A stretch of DNA of 64,000 bases, taken from positions 188,992 through 252,991 of the forward strand of contig CAVWRG010000004.1 in the NCBI GenBank assembly GCA_963757355.1. Direction: 5' to 3'. Both the position numbers and the translations under genes were made by a program. The stretch is from an uncultured Acidobacteriota bacterium. Lineage in GTDB: Bacteria > Acidobacteriota > Vicinamibacteria > Vicinamibacterales > CAVVIG01. Position 1 is the first letter of the stretch, and the number at the start of each line of letters is the position of its first letter. The notes below the pieces were generated by a model. That model worked only from the letters and a program-made list of their open reading frames with translations. It did not search any database and was not told the DNA's origin. Of the stretch, positions 29,333 to 38,925 are shown piece by piece.

Positions 29333-30363
29333 TTGCGCACGACCTTCACTTCAATCGCTCCGCTGTCGCCGCCCTTCGGCACGACCACCAGCCGATCCAG
29401 AAAACTGACGCGGAAATCGAGATCCACCGTCGTGAGCGACGTGTCGAAATAGCTGTTCAGATCCGCATCGTCGAGCGGTTCGACGCGGACGATGTGCGGT
29501 CCCGGCGAGAGGCCCGCAATGGCAAACCGCCCCTGGTCGTCCAGCGCGAGGTTGGCGATGAGGCGTCCGGTGGCCAGTTCGAACGCGACGACGTGCGCGC
29601 CGAACAGCCCCTGACCGTCTTTCGTGACGCGGCCCGAGAGGCTCCCGGTGGTCGTGTTGAAGCCGGCGTCGGGATAGATGTCCGAGATGCCGGCGATGTC
29701 GTCGGCCTTCAGAACCCGGCCGCTGATGTTGCCGGCCGGAAACGCGATCGGGAACATCACGGCTTCCGCCGCGATCACGCGCCGCCCGCCGGTGGGCAAG
29801 ATCTCCGTTTCGCCGATCGCCGAGTGGCCGAGGCCGCTCAGATGCCCGATCTCGTGCGTGGCGATCGTCTGCAGATCGTACTTCCCGGTCTCGCCCGCGG
29901 GCGCAACCGACCACTGGAACGACGTGTTGAAGAAGATGTCAGCCTCCAGGAGCGCGCCGGTCGCATCGTCGATGAGAAAATTCGTGGACGCCAGCACGCG
30001 ATCGAGATCCGGCCGCGACAGGAATCCGAGCGTCGAGCGTCCGTCGTTGTCGAGCGGCCGCGCCGACGTGATTCCGCTGAACTGATACGCGATCGACGCC
30101 GTGGGCACAGCCTGCCAGGTCGCGAATGCGCGGCCGACGGCCGCTTCGAAATCGCTCGAGCTGACGCCCGGTGCGCCGGCGTCGGACACGAAATACTGGA
30201 CCGGCGTCTGGCTCCATTTCACCGTCATCGGCTGGCCGTCGACCGTCACGCCGAACTTCAGATACGCGAAGGCGGGCTGCGCCTGCGCGACGAGCAGACA
30301 GAAAGTGGTGACCATGGCGACGATGGCGGAGCGGCTCCGCAGATCTTTCGTCTGGCCTGTCAC
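29329..30363 (-). CDS. Matrixin-like (metzincin) metalloprotease with carboxypeptidase-regulatory-like C-terminal domain
   Basis: HEIGHLSGLGH zinc motif, AVMFP Met-turn, GSLSGRV beta domain; GTG 30363 overlaps the upstream stop. Confidence 0.85.
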   Translation of the reverse strand: MTGQTKDLRSRSAIVAMVTTFCLLVAQAQPAFAYLKFGVTVDGQPMTVKWSQTPVQYFVSDAGAPGVSSSDFEAAVGRAFATWQAVPTASIAYQFSGITSARPLDNDGRSTLGFLSRPDLDRVLASTNFLIDDATGALLEADIFFNTSFQWSVAPAGETGKYDLQTIATHEIGHLSGLGHSAIGETEILPTGGRRVIAAEAVMFPIAFPAGNISGRVLKADDIAGISDIYPDAGFNTTTGSLSGRVTKDGQGLFGAHVVAFELATGRLIANLALDDQGRFAIAGLSPGPHIVRVEPLDDADLNSYFDTSLTTVDLDFRVSFLDRLVVVPKGGDSGAIEVKVVRK

Positions 30364-30905
30364 TTTCCACCTCCAACCAACGCCCGCACGCGCTGCTCGA
30401 AGTCCGCAAGCGCGATCGGCTGACGCGTGGAACCGCCGCGGACGACGAGCGTCGGCGCGGCGACCGGCATCAAGGCGGGCGGAGTGACCAGCCAGCCGGT
30501 GCCGCTTGCGTTCGACACCACGCGAAACACGCCCTGGCTCAGTCCGAGCACGTGCGGCACACTGGGTCCCTGCGCACCGAGAAAGACGACGACCTGCTGG
30601 TCGACTGCGAACGCGGGCGCGCCGACGAAAATGCTCCGGTAGCGTCCCAGTAACCCACCAGGCACGCGGAACTGCACGACGGCGCCGAGCGATCCCTTGA
30701 GGTACTCGTCCACCTGGAGCGAGACCATCGTCTCGATCGCGCGATGATCGTCGGTCCATTGTCCGGTGACGACCACGACCCGCCCGCGCGCGATCGCGAC
30801 AGCCTCGCGCGACAGCTCGCCGAGATCGGCCGACACGAGCGTCGTGGCGTGCGCGGATGCCACGCCGATGCACGCCGTCAGAACGCACGCACACAGAATT
30901 CGCAT
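30360..30905 (-). CDS. Secreted hypothetical protein coupled to the matrixin gene
   Basis: Signal peptide AHA-TT; L.EL...A..I..G.V, V.EYLKG, VPGG, GAP.F...VVVFL. Confidence 0.75.
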   Translation of the reverse strand: MRILCACVLTACIGVASAHATTLVSADLGELSREAVAIARGRVVVVTGQWTDDHRAIETMVSLQVDEYLKGSLGAVVQFRVPGGLLGRYRSIFVGAPAFAVDQQVVVFLGAQGPSVPHVLGLSQGVFRVVSNASGTGWLVTPPALMPVAAPTLVVRGGSTRQPIALADFEQRVRALVGGGK

Positions 30906-30922
30906 GAGGGTTTCTCCCTTTC

Positions 30923-31059
30923 GCTCGGCTAAAGCCTTCGCGCTACACCGCCTTCGCGTACACAGCCTTCCCCGGCGAGAGCCTTCGCGCTACACCGCCT
31001 TCGCGTCAGACAGCCTTCGCCGGCGAAAGCCTTCGCACTACACCGCCTTCGGGCTACAG
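30923..31059. repeat. Tandem GTAG-type REP cluster (about 49-nt period) read through by the lpxB 3' end
   Basis: Three copies of agccttcgcRctacaccgccttcg; minus strand reads GTAGCGCGAAGGCTTTAGCC. Confidence 0.8.
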
Positions 31060-32203
31060 CGTGACGATTGTGCGCTGCGACGACCCGCAGAATCGCTTCG
31101 GCCGCTCGCCGGCTGGCACCCGGACCGCCAAGTTTTGCACGCACGCGTGCGAGCCCTTCGCGAATCGTCGCGACGCGCGCGGGATCCGTCAGCATCGAGA
31201 CCGCCTCGCGCGCGACCGTTTCGGGGGTGAACGCGTCCTGAATCAGCTCGGGGACGATCTTCTCGCCGGCGATCAGATTCACCATGCCGACGGTGTCGAC
31301 CTTGATCAACCGCCGGCCGATCCGATACGTCATCGGCGACAGGCGGTACACGATGACCATCGGCGTGTTGTGCAGCGCCGTCTGCACGGTCGCGGTTCCC
31401 GATGCCGTGAGCACCACGTCCGCGGACGCGAGGATGGCATCCGTGTCGCCTTCGACGCTCGTGATGGGCGCACCGCTGGCGCGAAGCTCCTCGAACAGAT
31501 GATCGTCGAGATTCGGAGCCCTGGCGAGCAGGCACTGCATGCCGGGCACGCGTCGCGCGATCAAGCGAACCGCCGACGCCAAGCCGGGCAGAATCCGGCC
31601 CACCTCGTTCGGCCGGCTGCCGGGCAGAATGGCCACCGTCGGCGCGGCCGGCGACAAGCCGTGGGCGCGCAGGAACGCGTCGCGCGGCACAGACGCCATC
31701 GCCAGGTCGACCAGCGGATGGCCGACGAACTCGACCGGCACGCCGGCGTCGCGATAGATCGCCTCTTCGAACGGAAAGATCACGAGGACGCGGTCGGCGA
31801 TCTCGCGAATCGTTCGGAGCCGCCCCGAGCGCCACGCCCAGATCTGCGGGCTGATGTAGTAGATCACCGGAATGCCGAGCCGCTTCACCCGGCGCGCGAG
31901 CGGAAAATTGAAATCGGGAAAGTCGATCACGACCAGCGCGTCGGGCCGCTCGGTCCGCGCGGCGCGCGTGAGCCGCCGGATGGTCGCGTACGATCGCGGC
32001 ACCTTGGCGAGCGCTTCAGTGAGGCCGGTGACCGCGAGGCCGCGGTAGTCGTCGATCAGCACGCCGCCCGCCGCGGCGAGCGCCGGGCCGCCGAGGCCGG
32101 CCACTGTGACGTCCGGATCGAGCGCCCGCAGCTCGCGCGTCAGCGCACCGGCATAGAGATCGCCGGACGGCTCGCCGCACGATACCAGAAGGCGAGCGCT
32201 CAA
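30929..32203 (-). CDS. lpxB: Lipid-A-disaccharide synthase
   Basis: GEPSGD, ID.PDFN, YISPQIWAWR, FVGHPL, LPGSR..E, SGTAT; about 45-aa repeat-derived C-terminal tail. Confidence 0.95.
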   Translation of the reverse strand: MSARLLVSCGEPSGDLYAGALTRELRALDPDVTVAGLGGPALAAAGGVLIDDYRGLAVTGLTEALAKVPRSYATIRRLTRAARTERPDALVVIDFPDFNFPLARRVKRLGIPVIYYISPQIWAWRSGRLRTIREIADRVLVIFPFEEAIYRDAGVPVEFVGHPLVDLAMASVPRDAFLRAHGLSPAAPTVAILPGSRPNEVGRILPGLASAVRLIARRVPGMQCLLARAPNLDDHLFEELRASGAPITSVEGDTDAILASADVVLTASGTATVQTALHNTPMVIVYRLSPMTYRIGRRLIKVDTVGMVNLIAGEKIVPELIQDAFTPETVAREAVSMLTDPARVATIREGLARVRAKLGGPGASRRAAEAILRVVAAHNRHAVARRRCSAKAFAGEGCLTRRRCSAKALAGEGCVREGGVARRL

Positions 32204-34509
32204 GCCGAGGGACGTTTGAACAGCGAAGGATCGAGGACCGTGTTGATCGTGAACGCGGTGACGCGCCGTTCAACGACCTGGCGTCCGCCCTGGCGGATGG
32301 CGGCGCCGAACGCCACCTGCACGCCGTCCACCGGCCGATAGTCCGAGTACACCTCCTCGACGAGTGGCCGCTCCGGTCCGTCGGCGACGTAGGTTTCCTT
32401 CGCAATCAGATTCGTCGCGGGATCGATATAGAGGATGAACGGCTCGGTGCCCGGGCCCGACAACTCGAGCGCGTGGTGCAAGACGCCCGCTTCATCCTTC
32501 GCATCGGGCATCGCACGGGCACGCAGCGTGCCGGCGTGCGCCGCGAGGAGCGCCGAGATGATGTCACGGCGCAGCGTCGCCTGCATCGCCTGCACACCCT
32601 CCTCGGGAATCTCGTGCAGGCCAGCCGGATCGCGCACCCAGGCGTGCTGGCCGTCGAACACCTGCACTTGCGTCCCCTGCGGCAGCTTCATGTCCACGTG
32701 CACGTGGTTGGGATATTCGATGTAGGTTGTCGTTTCCACTTCGACCTTGCCGCCAGGCGTCGTCGCCGTCGCTTTCGTGACCGCCTTGATCGTCTTGAGC
32801 GCCTGCAGGCGGTCGAGACCGCCTTTGGCGGCGATCACCTGATTGAGCAGCGCCTGTGCGCGCGCGCCCTCTGCCGGCGCGATCGTCGAGGATTGTGCCG
32901 GTGGTTGATAGGAGATCCTCTCGTTCTGCGCCGCTATTGGACGTGCATTCTGCGCCGCGCCGGCGTGCACCATGCCTCGGGGTGCGTTGTGCGCGACGGA
33001 CGTGCGGCCGCCCGCGCCGGTTGCGGCGCGCTTCGCGCGCTGGAAATTCACCGCGGTGAGATCGAGATTGTCGAGATCGACGGTCTCGAACTGCGGCAAC
33101 CCGATGCCCTTCAGCTGCGTCGCGAACGCGTCGGCGTTGCCGACGAGGACGATCGAGAGGCGGTCCGGCTTCAGATACGTGCGCGCGACGCGTTGGATGT
33201 CGTCGACGGTGACCGCATTCACCCGATCGCGGAAATTCTGCAGGTCTTCGAGCGGCAGGCCGTAGAACACGGCGTTCAACACCTGCATCGCGATCTGATC
33301 CGGCGTCTCGATCGTCAGCGGGAAGCTGCCGGTCATGTACGCCTTCGCGTTCTCGAGCTCGCGCTGCCCCACGCGCTCACGCTGCAGCCGGGAGAACTCG
33401 TCCACGATCAGCCGCACCACTTCCCCGGTCGCCTCCGATCGGGTGTTGGTCTCCGCCTCGATGTCGCCGCTTTCTTTCAGCGTGTCCATGTCGGCCTGCG
33501 CGCCGTAGGTCAGGCCGCGCTCGGTCCGCAGCACCTGATGCAGGCGGTTGCTGCCTTCGCCCCCCAGGATCCGAATCGCGAGATTCAGCGCCATGTAGTC
33601 GGGGTGCTTGCGCTGGATGCCCACGTGCCCGACGCGGATCTCGGTCTGCACCGCGTCCGGTTTGTTGATGACGATGACACGGCGGGTCGGGTCGGGCGGC
33701 TCGCTGTACTTCTCTGCGACAACATCGTGCGCGTGCCAGTCGCCGAACACTTTCTTGGCTGTGGCGAAGGCCTCCTCCGCCGTCACGTCGCCGACGATCG
33801 CGAGGATGGCGTTGTTGGGCGCGAAGTACCGCTCGTGAAACGCCCGCAGATCGTCGCGCGTGAGGCCCGAGAGCGAGTCGGTCGTGCCGGTTTGCGGCAG
33901 TCCGTACGGATGGAAGCCATAGACCAGGCGATCGAACACCGCGTTCGCGATGTAGTCCGGATCCTGTGCGCTGACCTGCAGGCCCGACAGCGTCTGCTGC
34001 TTCTGCCGATCGATCTCCGCCTGGGCGTATGCGGGGTTCCGCGCCAGATCGGACAGCGTCCGCATCCCGACTTCGAAGCTGTCTTTCATCACGAGCATAT
34101 TCACGTAGCTCAGATCGGTGCCGGCGCCCGCGCCCATCGCCCCGCCGATGAAGTCGATGGCATCCGCCAGCTCCCCCGCCGATTTCGTCGTCGTCCCCTG
34201 ATCCATCAGCGACGCTGACAACCGTGCGAGACCGAGCTTGCCTTTCGGATCGGACGCACTGCCGGCCCGCACGAGCAGCCGCATGCTCACCGACGGCTCT
34301 TCGTGTTGCAGCACGGCGACCACCTGTAAGCCGTTCGGCAGGGTCTGCACCTCGTAGGGTGGAAAGTTGACGTTGCGCGCCGGCAGCGGCCGCGGCGGAC
34401 CCTCGGTCGGCCAGATGATCTGAGCGCTGGCGACCGCGCCGCTGAAGATGAGGGACGCGCAGACGGACAGGCCACAGAGCCACGGCGCCACAGCGATCGT
34501 TTTTTTCAT
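32200..34509 (-). CDS. M16B peptidase, non-catalytic subunit, with extra C-terminal domain
   Basis: TLPNGL, no HxxEH, SNRL...LR..RGLTY; additional ~230-aa domain (AAKGGL..L.....DP.T.L......YSDYR.VDG); ATG 34509 overlaps the upstream stop. Confidence 0.85.
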   Translation of the reverse strand: MKKTIAVAPWLCGLSVCASLIFSGAVASAQIIWPTEGPPRPLPARNVNFPPYEVQTLPNGLQVVAVLQHEEPSVSMRLLVRAGSASDPKGKLGLARLSASLMDQGTTTKSAGELADAIDFIGGAMGAGAGTDLSYVNMLVMKDSFEVGMRTLSDLARNPAYAQAEIDRQKQQTLSGLQVSAQDPDYIANAVFDRLVYGFHPYGLPQTGTTDSLSGLTRDDLRAFHERYFAPNNAILAIVGDVTAEEAFATAKKVFGDWHAHDVVAEKYSEPPDPTRRVIVINKPDAVQTEIRVGHVGIQRKHPDYMALNLAIRILGGEGSNRLHQVLRTERGLTYGAQADMDTLKESGDIEAETNTRSEATGEVVRLIVDEFSRLQRERVGQRELENAKAYMTGSFPLTIETPDQIAMQVLNAVFYGLPLEDLQNFRDRVNAVTVDDIQRVARTYLKPDRLSIVLVGNADAFATQLKGIGLPQFETVDLDNLDLTAVNFQRAKRAATGAGGRTSVAHNAPRGMVHAGAAQNARPIAAQNERISYQPPAQSSTIAPAEGARAQALLNQVIAAKGGLDRLQALKTIKAVTKATATTPGGKVEVETTTYIEYPNHVHVDMKLPQGTQVQVFDGQHAWVRDPAGLHEIPEEGVQAMQATLRRDIISALLAAHAGTLRARAMPDAKDEAGVLHHALELSGPGTEPFILYIDPATNLIAKETYVADGPERPLVEEVYSDYRPVDGVQVAFGAAIRQGGRQVVERRVTAFTINTVLDPSLFKRPSA

Positions 34510-35939
34510 CGCGACCCCACCTGCCTTTCCCGCCCGTCCTGCCCCTCCCGCCCTACCTGCCCTACCTGCCCTACCTGCCCAACCTGCCCCGTTCCCGCCT
34601 TCCCCGACGGCATGATCGTCAGCACCAGCCGATTCGACGGTGTGAAGTACGTTTGGGCCACGCGTTGGACATCGGCCGCCGTGATGTTTTGAAAAATATC
34701 GAACTCGGCATCGGCCGTCTTGATGTCGCTGTGAATGACCACGGCGTGCGCGAGGTCCTGGGCTTTGTCCTGGTCCGACTGCCGTCCCATGATGTAGTCG
34801 CGCGCAAACTGATTCTTCGCACGCTGCAGCTCGTGCGGCGTGATCGGCTCCGCGGTCAAGCGATCGAGCTCGCGGATCAACGCATCCGCCACTTCCTGCG
34901 GCGTGTGTCCCGGCTGCACGATCGCGACGGCGTAAAACAGATTCGGATCCTCGATGAGATTCGCCTGCCCGAACGCGGCGACGGCGATTTGCTCGTCGTA
35001 CACCAGCGCCTTGTAGATGCGCGAGCTCTGGCCGTCCGAGAGCACTTTCGCGGCGATATGCAGCGGGTAGGAATCCGGGTTGCCGTCGTACGTGATGTGA
35101 TGCGCCACCACCACGACCGGCAGCGGCCACGCTTCCTGCACCGTCACACGCTTTTCCTTCGTCTGCGGCGGCTCCTTCGGAATGTCGCGCGGCACGGGGT
35201 GATCGGCCTTCGGCACGCGGCCGAGAAATGTGTTGACCAGCTGCAGCGCCTGATTGGATTCGAAGTCGCCGACGAGGACGAGCGTCGCGTTCGACGGCAC
35301 GTAGAACGTGCGGTAGAAATCGCGGACGTCCTCGACCGATGCCGCTTCGAGATCCTTCATGCTGCCGATCGTCTGGTGCTTGTACGGGTGCGTCGTGAAG
35401 GCCTGGTCGTAGATGATCTCGTTCAGCCGGCCGAACGGCTGATTGTCGACGCGCATCCGGCGCTCTTCCTTCACGACCTCGCGCTCGTTCGTGAACGTGT
35501 CCTTGTCGATCCGCAGCGTCGCCATGCGATCGGCCTCGAGCCACAGCGTCAGCGGCAGGTACTGCGACGGCACCGTTTCCCAGAACACCGTCTCATCGTC
35601 GGTCGTGTAGGCGTTGCTTTGCCCGCCCACCGACGAGATGTACGACGTGTGCCCCTCCGGCTCGACGTTTTGCGAGCCCTTGAACATCAGGTGCTCGAAC
35701 AGATGCGCGAACCCGGTGCGCCCCGGCTTCTCGTTCTTCGACCCGACGTGATACCACATCTGCAGGTTGACGATCGGCGTCGAATGGTCCTCGGACAGGA
35801 CCAGCGTGAGCCCGTTTGGCAGCGTGGTGATTTGGTACTGGAGCTTCGGCGGACGAACGGCCGCCGAGAGCCCCGCGGCGCCACAGATGATTGCCGCCGC
35901 GATCGACGCGGCCGTCAGCGCACGGACAGGACACTTCAT
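34506..35939 (-). CDS. M16B peptidase, catalytic subunit
   Basis: WYHVGSKNE, GFAHLFEHLMFKGS (HxxEH), NAYT; repeat-derived GQVGQVGQV tail. Confidence 0.92.
   Translation of the reverse strand: MKCPVRALTAASIAAAIICGAAGLSAAVRPPKLQYQITTLPNGLTLVLSEDHSTPIVNLQMWYHVGSKNEKPGRTGFAHLFEHLMFKGSQNVEPEGHTSYISSVGGQSNAYTTDDETVFWETVPSQYLPLTLWLEADRMATLRIDKDTFTNEREVVKEERRMRVDNQPFGRLNEIIYDQAFTTHPYKHQTIGSMKDLEAASVEDVRDFYRTFYVPSNATLVLVGDFESNQALQLVNTFLGRVPKADHPVPRDIPKEPPQTKEKRVTVQEAWPLPVVVVAHHITYDGNPDSYPLHIAAKVLSDGQSSRIYKALVYDEQIAVAAFGQANLIEDPNLFYAVAIVQPGHTPQEVADALIRELDRLTAEPITPHELQRAKNQFARDYIMGRQSDQDKAQDLAHAVVIHSDIKTADAEFDIFQNITAADVQRVAQTYFTPSNRLVLTIMPSGKAGTGQVGQVGQVGQVGREGQDGRERQVGSR
34515..34600. repeat. Nonamer array, GGGCAGG family, inside the 3' end of the M16 gene
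   Basis: (cctgcccta)n-like units encoding GQV repeats on the minus strand. Confidence 0.85.
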
Positions 35940-35978
35940 GGTCCGATTATCCACCACTGCGCGGCGCGAAACCGCGTG

Positions 35979-36040
35979 CGAAAAGGGGCCGTACCCCTTT
36001 TTCCCATGATCGGGCGAAAAAGGGATACGGCCCCTTTTCG
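35979..36040. repeat. Family A palindromic doublet, copy 4
   Basis: cgaaaaggggccgtacccctttttc, 12 nt, gaaaaagggatacggccccttttcg. Confidence 0.9.
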
Positions 36041-36050
36041 AGAGCGCGCC

Positions 36051-36863
36051 TCACTTGGACAGCAACCGAAACCCGGCGAGCGCCCAATCGTGGGCCTGAA
36101 ACTCCAACGGATCCGCGTCAATACGGCGCTCATAGCCGGCAAACAGCTCGAGCGCACCGCCTCGCCCATTCAAACGCACGCCGGCCTCAGCTTTCCCCCC
36201 GGTCTGGTGATCCCGATTCGACAGCGTCGAATCGATCAGGAAGATTTCGCCGGTGCCGCGGGCGAACAGGCCGACGCGCTCGTTGATCGGACGCCGGACC
36301 AGCAGGTCGAGGTCGCCCGTCCACTTGTAATCGACCGTCGAGTGCTGGACGACTTTGCCGCCGCCGACGGTCACGTCGATCGTGGCGCCCGCCACCGGCA
36401 CCCGGCGCATCGCGCGCAGGCCGAGCACGTTCCAGGCAATCGGAAACCGCTTGGCCCGATCGCCCAGGTGGCGCGAGACGTGGTGGAAGACGCCGGCGAT
36501 CTCCGTCTCGCCCACGCGCAGCGACCCCGATGCCTCGAGCGTGTAATTGCCTTGATTCGGATCGAACGGACGAAACTCGTCGCCGAGCACCGCCTCGTAA
36601 TCGATGAGGATCGAGGCGCGGCCGCTCACATAGTCCACGACGTCGAGGTCGCCGCCGAAGTGCGTGTCCCACACGAACCGCGGGTCGGACACACTGTCCG
36701 GCGTGCTGGGATTCAGCTTCGCCGCCGACAGATGAAAGTCGTAGCGAGTCAGGAAGTCCGGCGAAGCGGGCGCGGGTGCGAACGCGGGCGGCTGAATGTA
36801 TTGGGCCGCCGCAGGGGCGGCCAGAGTCAGGAACAGGCACGCGGCCAGTGCCGCGTGCCGCAT
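36051..36863 (-). CDS. Hypothetical exported protein, probable outer-membrane barrel (DUF1207-like)
   Basis: Signal peptide, beta-rich sequence, FHHVSRHLGD motif; ATG overlaps the lpxD stop. Confidence 0.6.
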   Translation of the reverse strand: MRHAALAACLFLTLAAPAAAQYIQPPAFAPAPASPDFLTRYDFHLSAAKLNPSTPDSVSDPRFVWDTHFGGDLDVVDYVSGRASILIDYEAVLGDEFRPFDPNQGNYTLEASGSLRVGETEIAGVFHHVSRHLGDRAKRFPIAWNVLGLRAMRRVPVAGATIDVTVGGGKVVQHSTVDYKWTGDLDLLVRRPINERVGLFARGTGEIFLIDSTLSNRDHQTGGKAEAGVRLNGRGGALELFAGYERRIDADPLEFQAHDWALAGFRLLSK

Positions 36864-37921
36864 CAACGATCCGTCGGTGTCCGGCATGCGGCGAGCTTCT
36901 CCTCCAATTGAGCGATGCGTTGTTCGAGCTCGGCGACATGCCTCTTGAGCTCAGGCAGATGCCTGACGAGCACCTGCGTCTTGCGCCATTCTCGATTCGG
37001 CAGCGACGGGTAGCCCGACACCAGAACGCCCGCCTCCACGTTGCCGGTGATGCCGGTCTTCGCGCTGGCCATGGCGCCCTTGCCGATGCGCACATGACCA
37101 GTCACGCCGACCTGGCCGCCCAGCATCACCTCGTCTTCCACGATCGTGCTGCCTGCGATCCCGACCTGCGCCGCCAGCAGCGATCGATACCCGACACGGA
37201 CGCCGTGCGCGATCTGCACGAGATTATCGATCTTCGTGCCGGCGTGAATGCGCGTTTCGCCGACGGCGGGACGATCGATCGTCGTGTTCGCGCCGATCTC
37301 CACATCGTCTTCGATGACGACGTCGGCGTGCTGCGGAATCTTGAGGTGCGTGCCGTCCGGCTGCCGGGCAAAACCGAAGCCGTCGCTGCCGACGACGGCG
37401 CCGTCGAGCAGGACGACGCGATCGCCGATCGTCACGTGCTCACGGACGGACACGTGCGAATGCAGCACGCAATCCGCGCCGATCCGCGCGCCGGGGCCGA
37501 CGACGACGTTGGGATACAGGATCGTCCGCGCGCCAATCGCGGCGCCGGCGCCGATCGTCGCGAACGGACCGACCGAGACGTCCTCGCCGAGTTGCGCGTC
37601 TGGTGCGATGGCGCTGAGCCGATCGATGCCCACGTGCGGCGGCGATGCCTGTTGGAAAACGCGAAGAGCCTGGGCAAACGTGAGATACGGGTGATCGCTG
37701 CGGAGGATCGCGAACGGCGCGGGACCGTCGAGCACCGTCGACGAAGCCAGGATCACGGCGGACGCCCGCGTGTCCCCGAGCCGCGCCTGGTACTTGGGGT
37801 TGGCGACGAAGGTCAGATCGCCTGCGGCCGCCTGCTCGATTCCAGCGACGCGGAGAATCTCGATGTCGCCGTCTCCGTCGAGCCGGCAGCGCAGACGGTC
37901 AGCGAGATCGCGAAGCTTCAC
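36863..37921 (-). CDS. lpxD: UDP-3-O-acylglucosamine N-acyltransferase
   Basis: Hexapeptide repeats, GSDGFGF, VEIGANTTIDR, KIDNLVQIAH. Confidence 0.96.
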   Translation of the reverse strand: MKLRDLADRLRCRLDGDGDIEILRVAGIEQAAAGDLTFVANPKYQARLGDTRASAVILASSTVLDGPAPFAILRSDHPYLTFAQALRVFQQASPPHVGIDRLSAIAPDAQLGEDVSVGPFATIGAGAAIGARTILYPNVVVGPGARIGADCVLHSHVSVREHVTIGDRVVLLDGAVVGSDGFGFARQPDGTHLKIPQHADVVIEDDVEIGANTTIDRPAVGETRIHAGTKIDNLVQIAHGVRVGYRSLLAAQVGIAGSTIVEDEVMLGGQVGVTGHVRIGKGAMASAKTGITGNVEAGVLVSGYPSLPNREWRKTQVLVRHLPELKRHVAELEQRIAQLEEKLAACRTPTDR

Positions 37922-37951
37922 ATGACATCCCAAAAAAGCTGAGAATCTTCG

Positions 37952-38842
37952 TCACTGTTTCCGTATCTTCTGCAGCGGCCTGGCGTCCTTGAGCGAGAGC
38001 GCCGGCTTCCCCGCCTGTTCCCACGCGCCGACAATCACGCCGACGGTCGCGGTGATCGAGTCCCCGAGCCGCCGCTCGAGAATCGGGCCCGCGCCAGCGA
38101 AGAACTTCTCGAAGTAGCCCTCATCGTACACGTCTTTGCCTGCGCTCGCCGCACGGTCTGCGGCCAGCAGCGGATCCACGAGCTGATAGCTGGCCAGCAG
38201 CGCGTCGAACGCCGCGTCGCGCGGGTTGGTGATCGGCGGACCCGCCGCCGGATGCACGGTGAGCCGCGACTCGAAGCGCTCGATCAGATCGCGCTCGAAC
38301 CGCGCGTGCACGCCGATCTGACCAGTCAGCTGGCCATCGTGGTTGTTGGTGGCATGAAGCGGCTGATGCGCGTCCTCGATGTAATGGCTCGCCACGGCCG
38401 CGAACAGCACGGTGTCGGACGAGGCGTACGGCGCCTGCCGCTTGAACCCTTCGAACGCGCGGCGCAGGTTGCCGAACTCCTCCGCCTCGCGCCACGGGAG
38501 CGTGCCGTTCCGTTTGAGCGTTGCCATCCCGAACTTTTCGATCGCCGCACCGTATTCGCGCGGCAGCGCGGTGAAGGGGAATGGCCCGAACTCGGGCACG
38601 CCCAAGTCCATGTAGTGGTTCGGGTCGTCTTCCCAGCCAACGTTGCGCCACAGATCCGGGTCGGTGACGCGGAGCACGAGCTCGTCGCGATGCGCCGTGA
38701 AAAAGGGCTTCAACTCCGGCGGCAACAGCTCGATCGCGCGCCGCATGATGAACTGGTGGCCGGCGAATCCCCACGCCCATGCTGGCGACGGCGCAAGTGA
38801 GCACAGCAACACCGTCAGGAGGCCCACGAGCGCCTTTCGCAT
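37952..38842 (-). CDS. S1/P1 nuclease or Zn-phospholipase C fold secreted protein
   Basis: Signal peptide then WGFAGH; PD, H.MD, HYIEDAHQPLH, VHARFE zinc ligands. Confidence 0.8.
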   Translation of the reverse strand: MRKALVGLLTVLLCSLAPSPAWAWGFAGHQFIMRRAIELLPPELKPFFTAHRDELVLRVTDPDLWRNVGWEDDPNHYMDLGVPEFGPFPFTALPREYGAAIEKFGMATLKRNGTLPWREAEEFGNLRRAFEGFKRQAPYASSDTVLFAAVASHYIEDAHQPLHATNNHDGQLTGQIGVHARFERDLIERFESRLTVHPAAGPPITNPRDAAFDALLASYQLVDPLLAADRAASAGKDVYDEGYFEKFFAGAGPILERRLGDSITATVGVIVGAWEQAGKPALSLKDARPLQKIRKQ

Positions 38843-38860
38843 TCGGCTATATTAGCGGAT

Positions 38861-38890
38861 GGGATTCGGGATTTGGGATTCGGGATTCGG
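38861..38890. repeat. Heptamer array (GGGATTY)n
   Basis: gggattc gggattt gggattc gggattc. Confidence 0.85.
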
Positions 38891-38925
38891 CGCGCCCGCC
38901 GCTTTCACCTCGCAGCGATCGTCCC

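Noticed and set aside
30923-31059. Possible CRISPR array
   Set aside because: Only about three degenerate units, the intervening parts are similar to each other rather than unique spacers, and no cas genes are present; fits a REP cluster.
34510-35544. N-terminal extension making a 1114-aa M16 protein
   Set aside because: It overlaps the catalytic M16 gene in another frame; the real start with signal peptide is at 34509. The same artefact affects the ORF-track versions of nfo, gatA, ymdB, mltG, matrixin and udgX.
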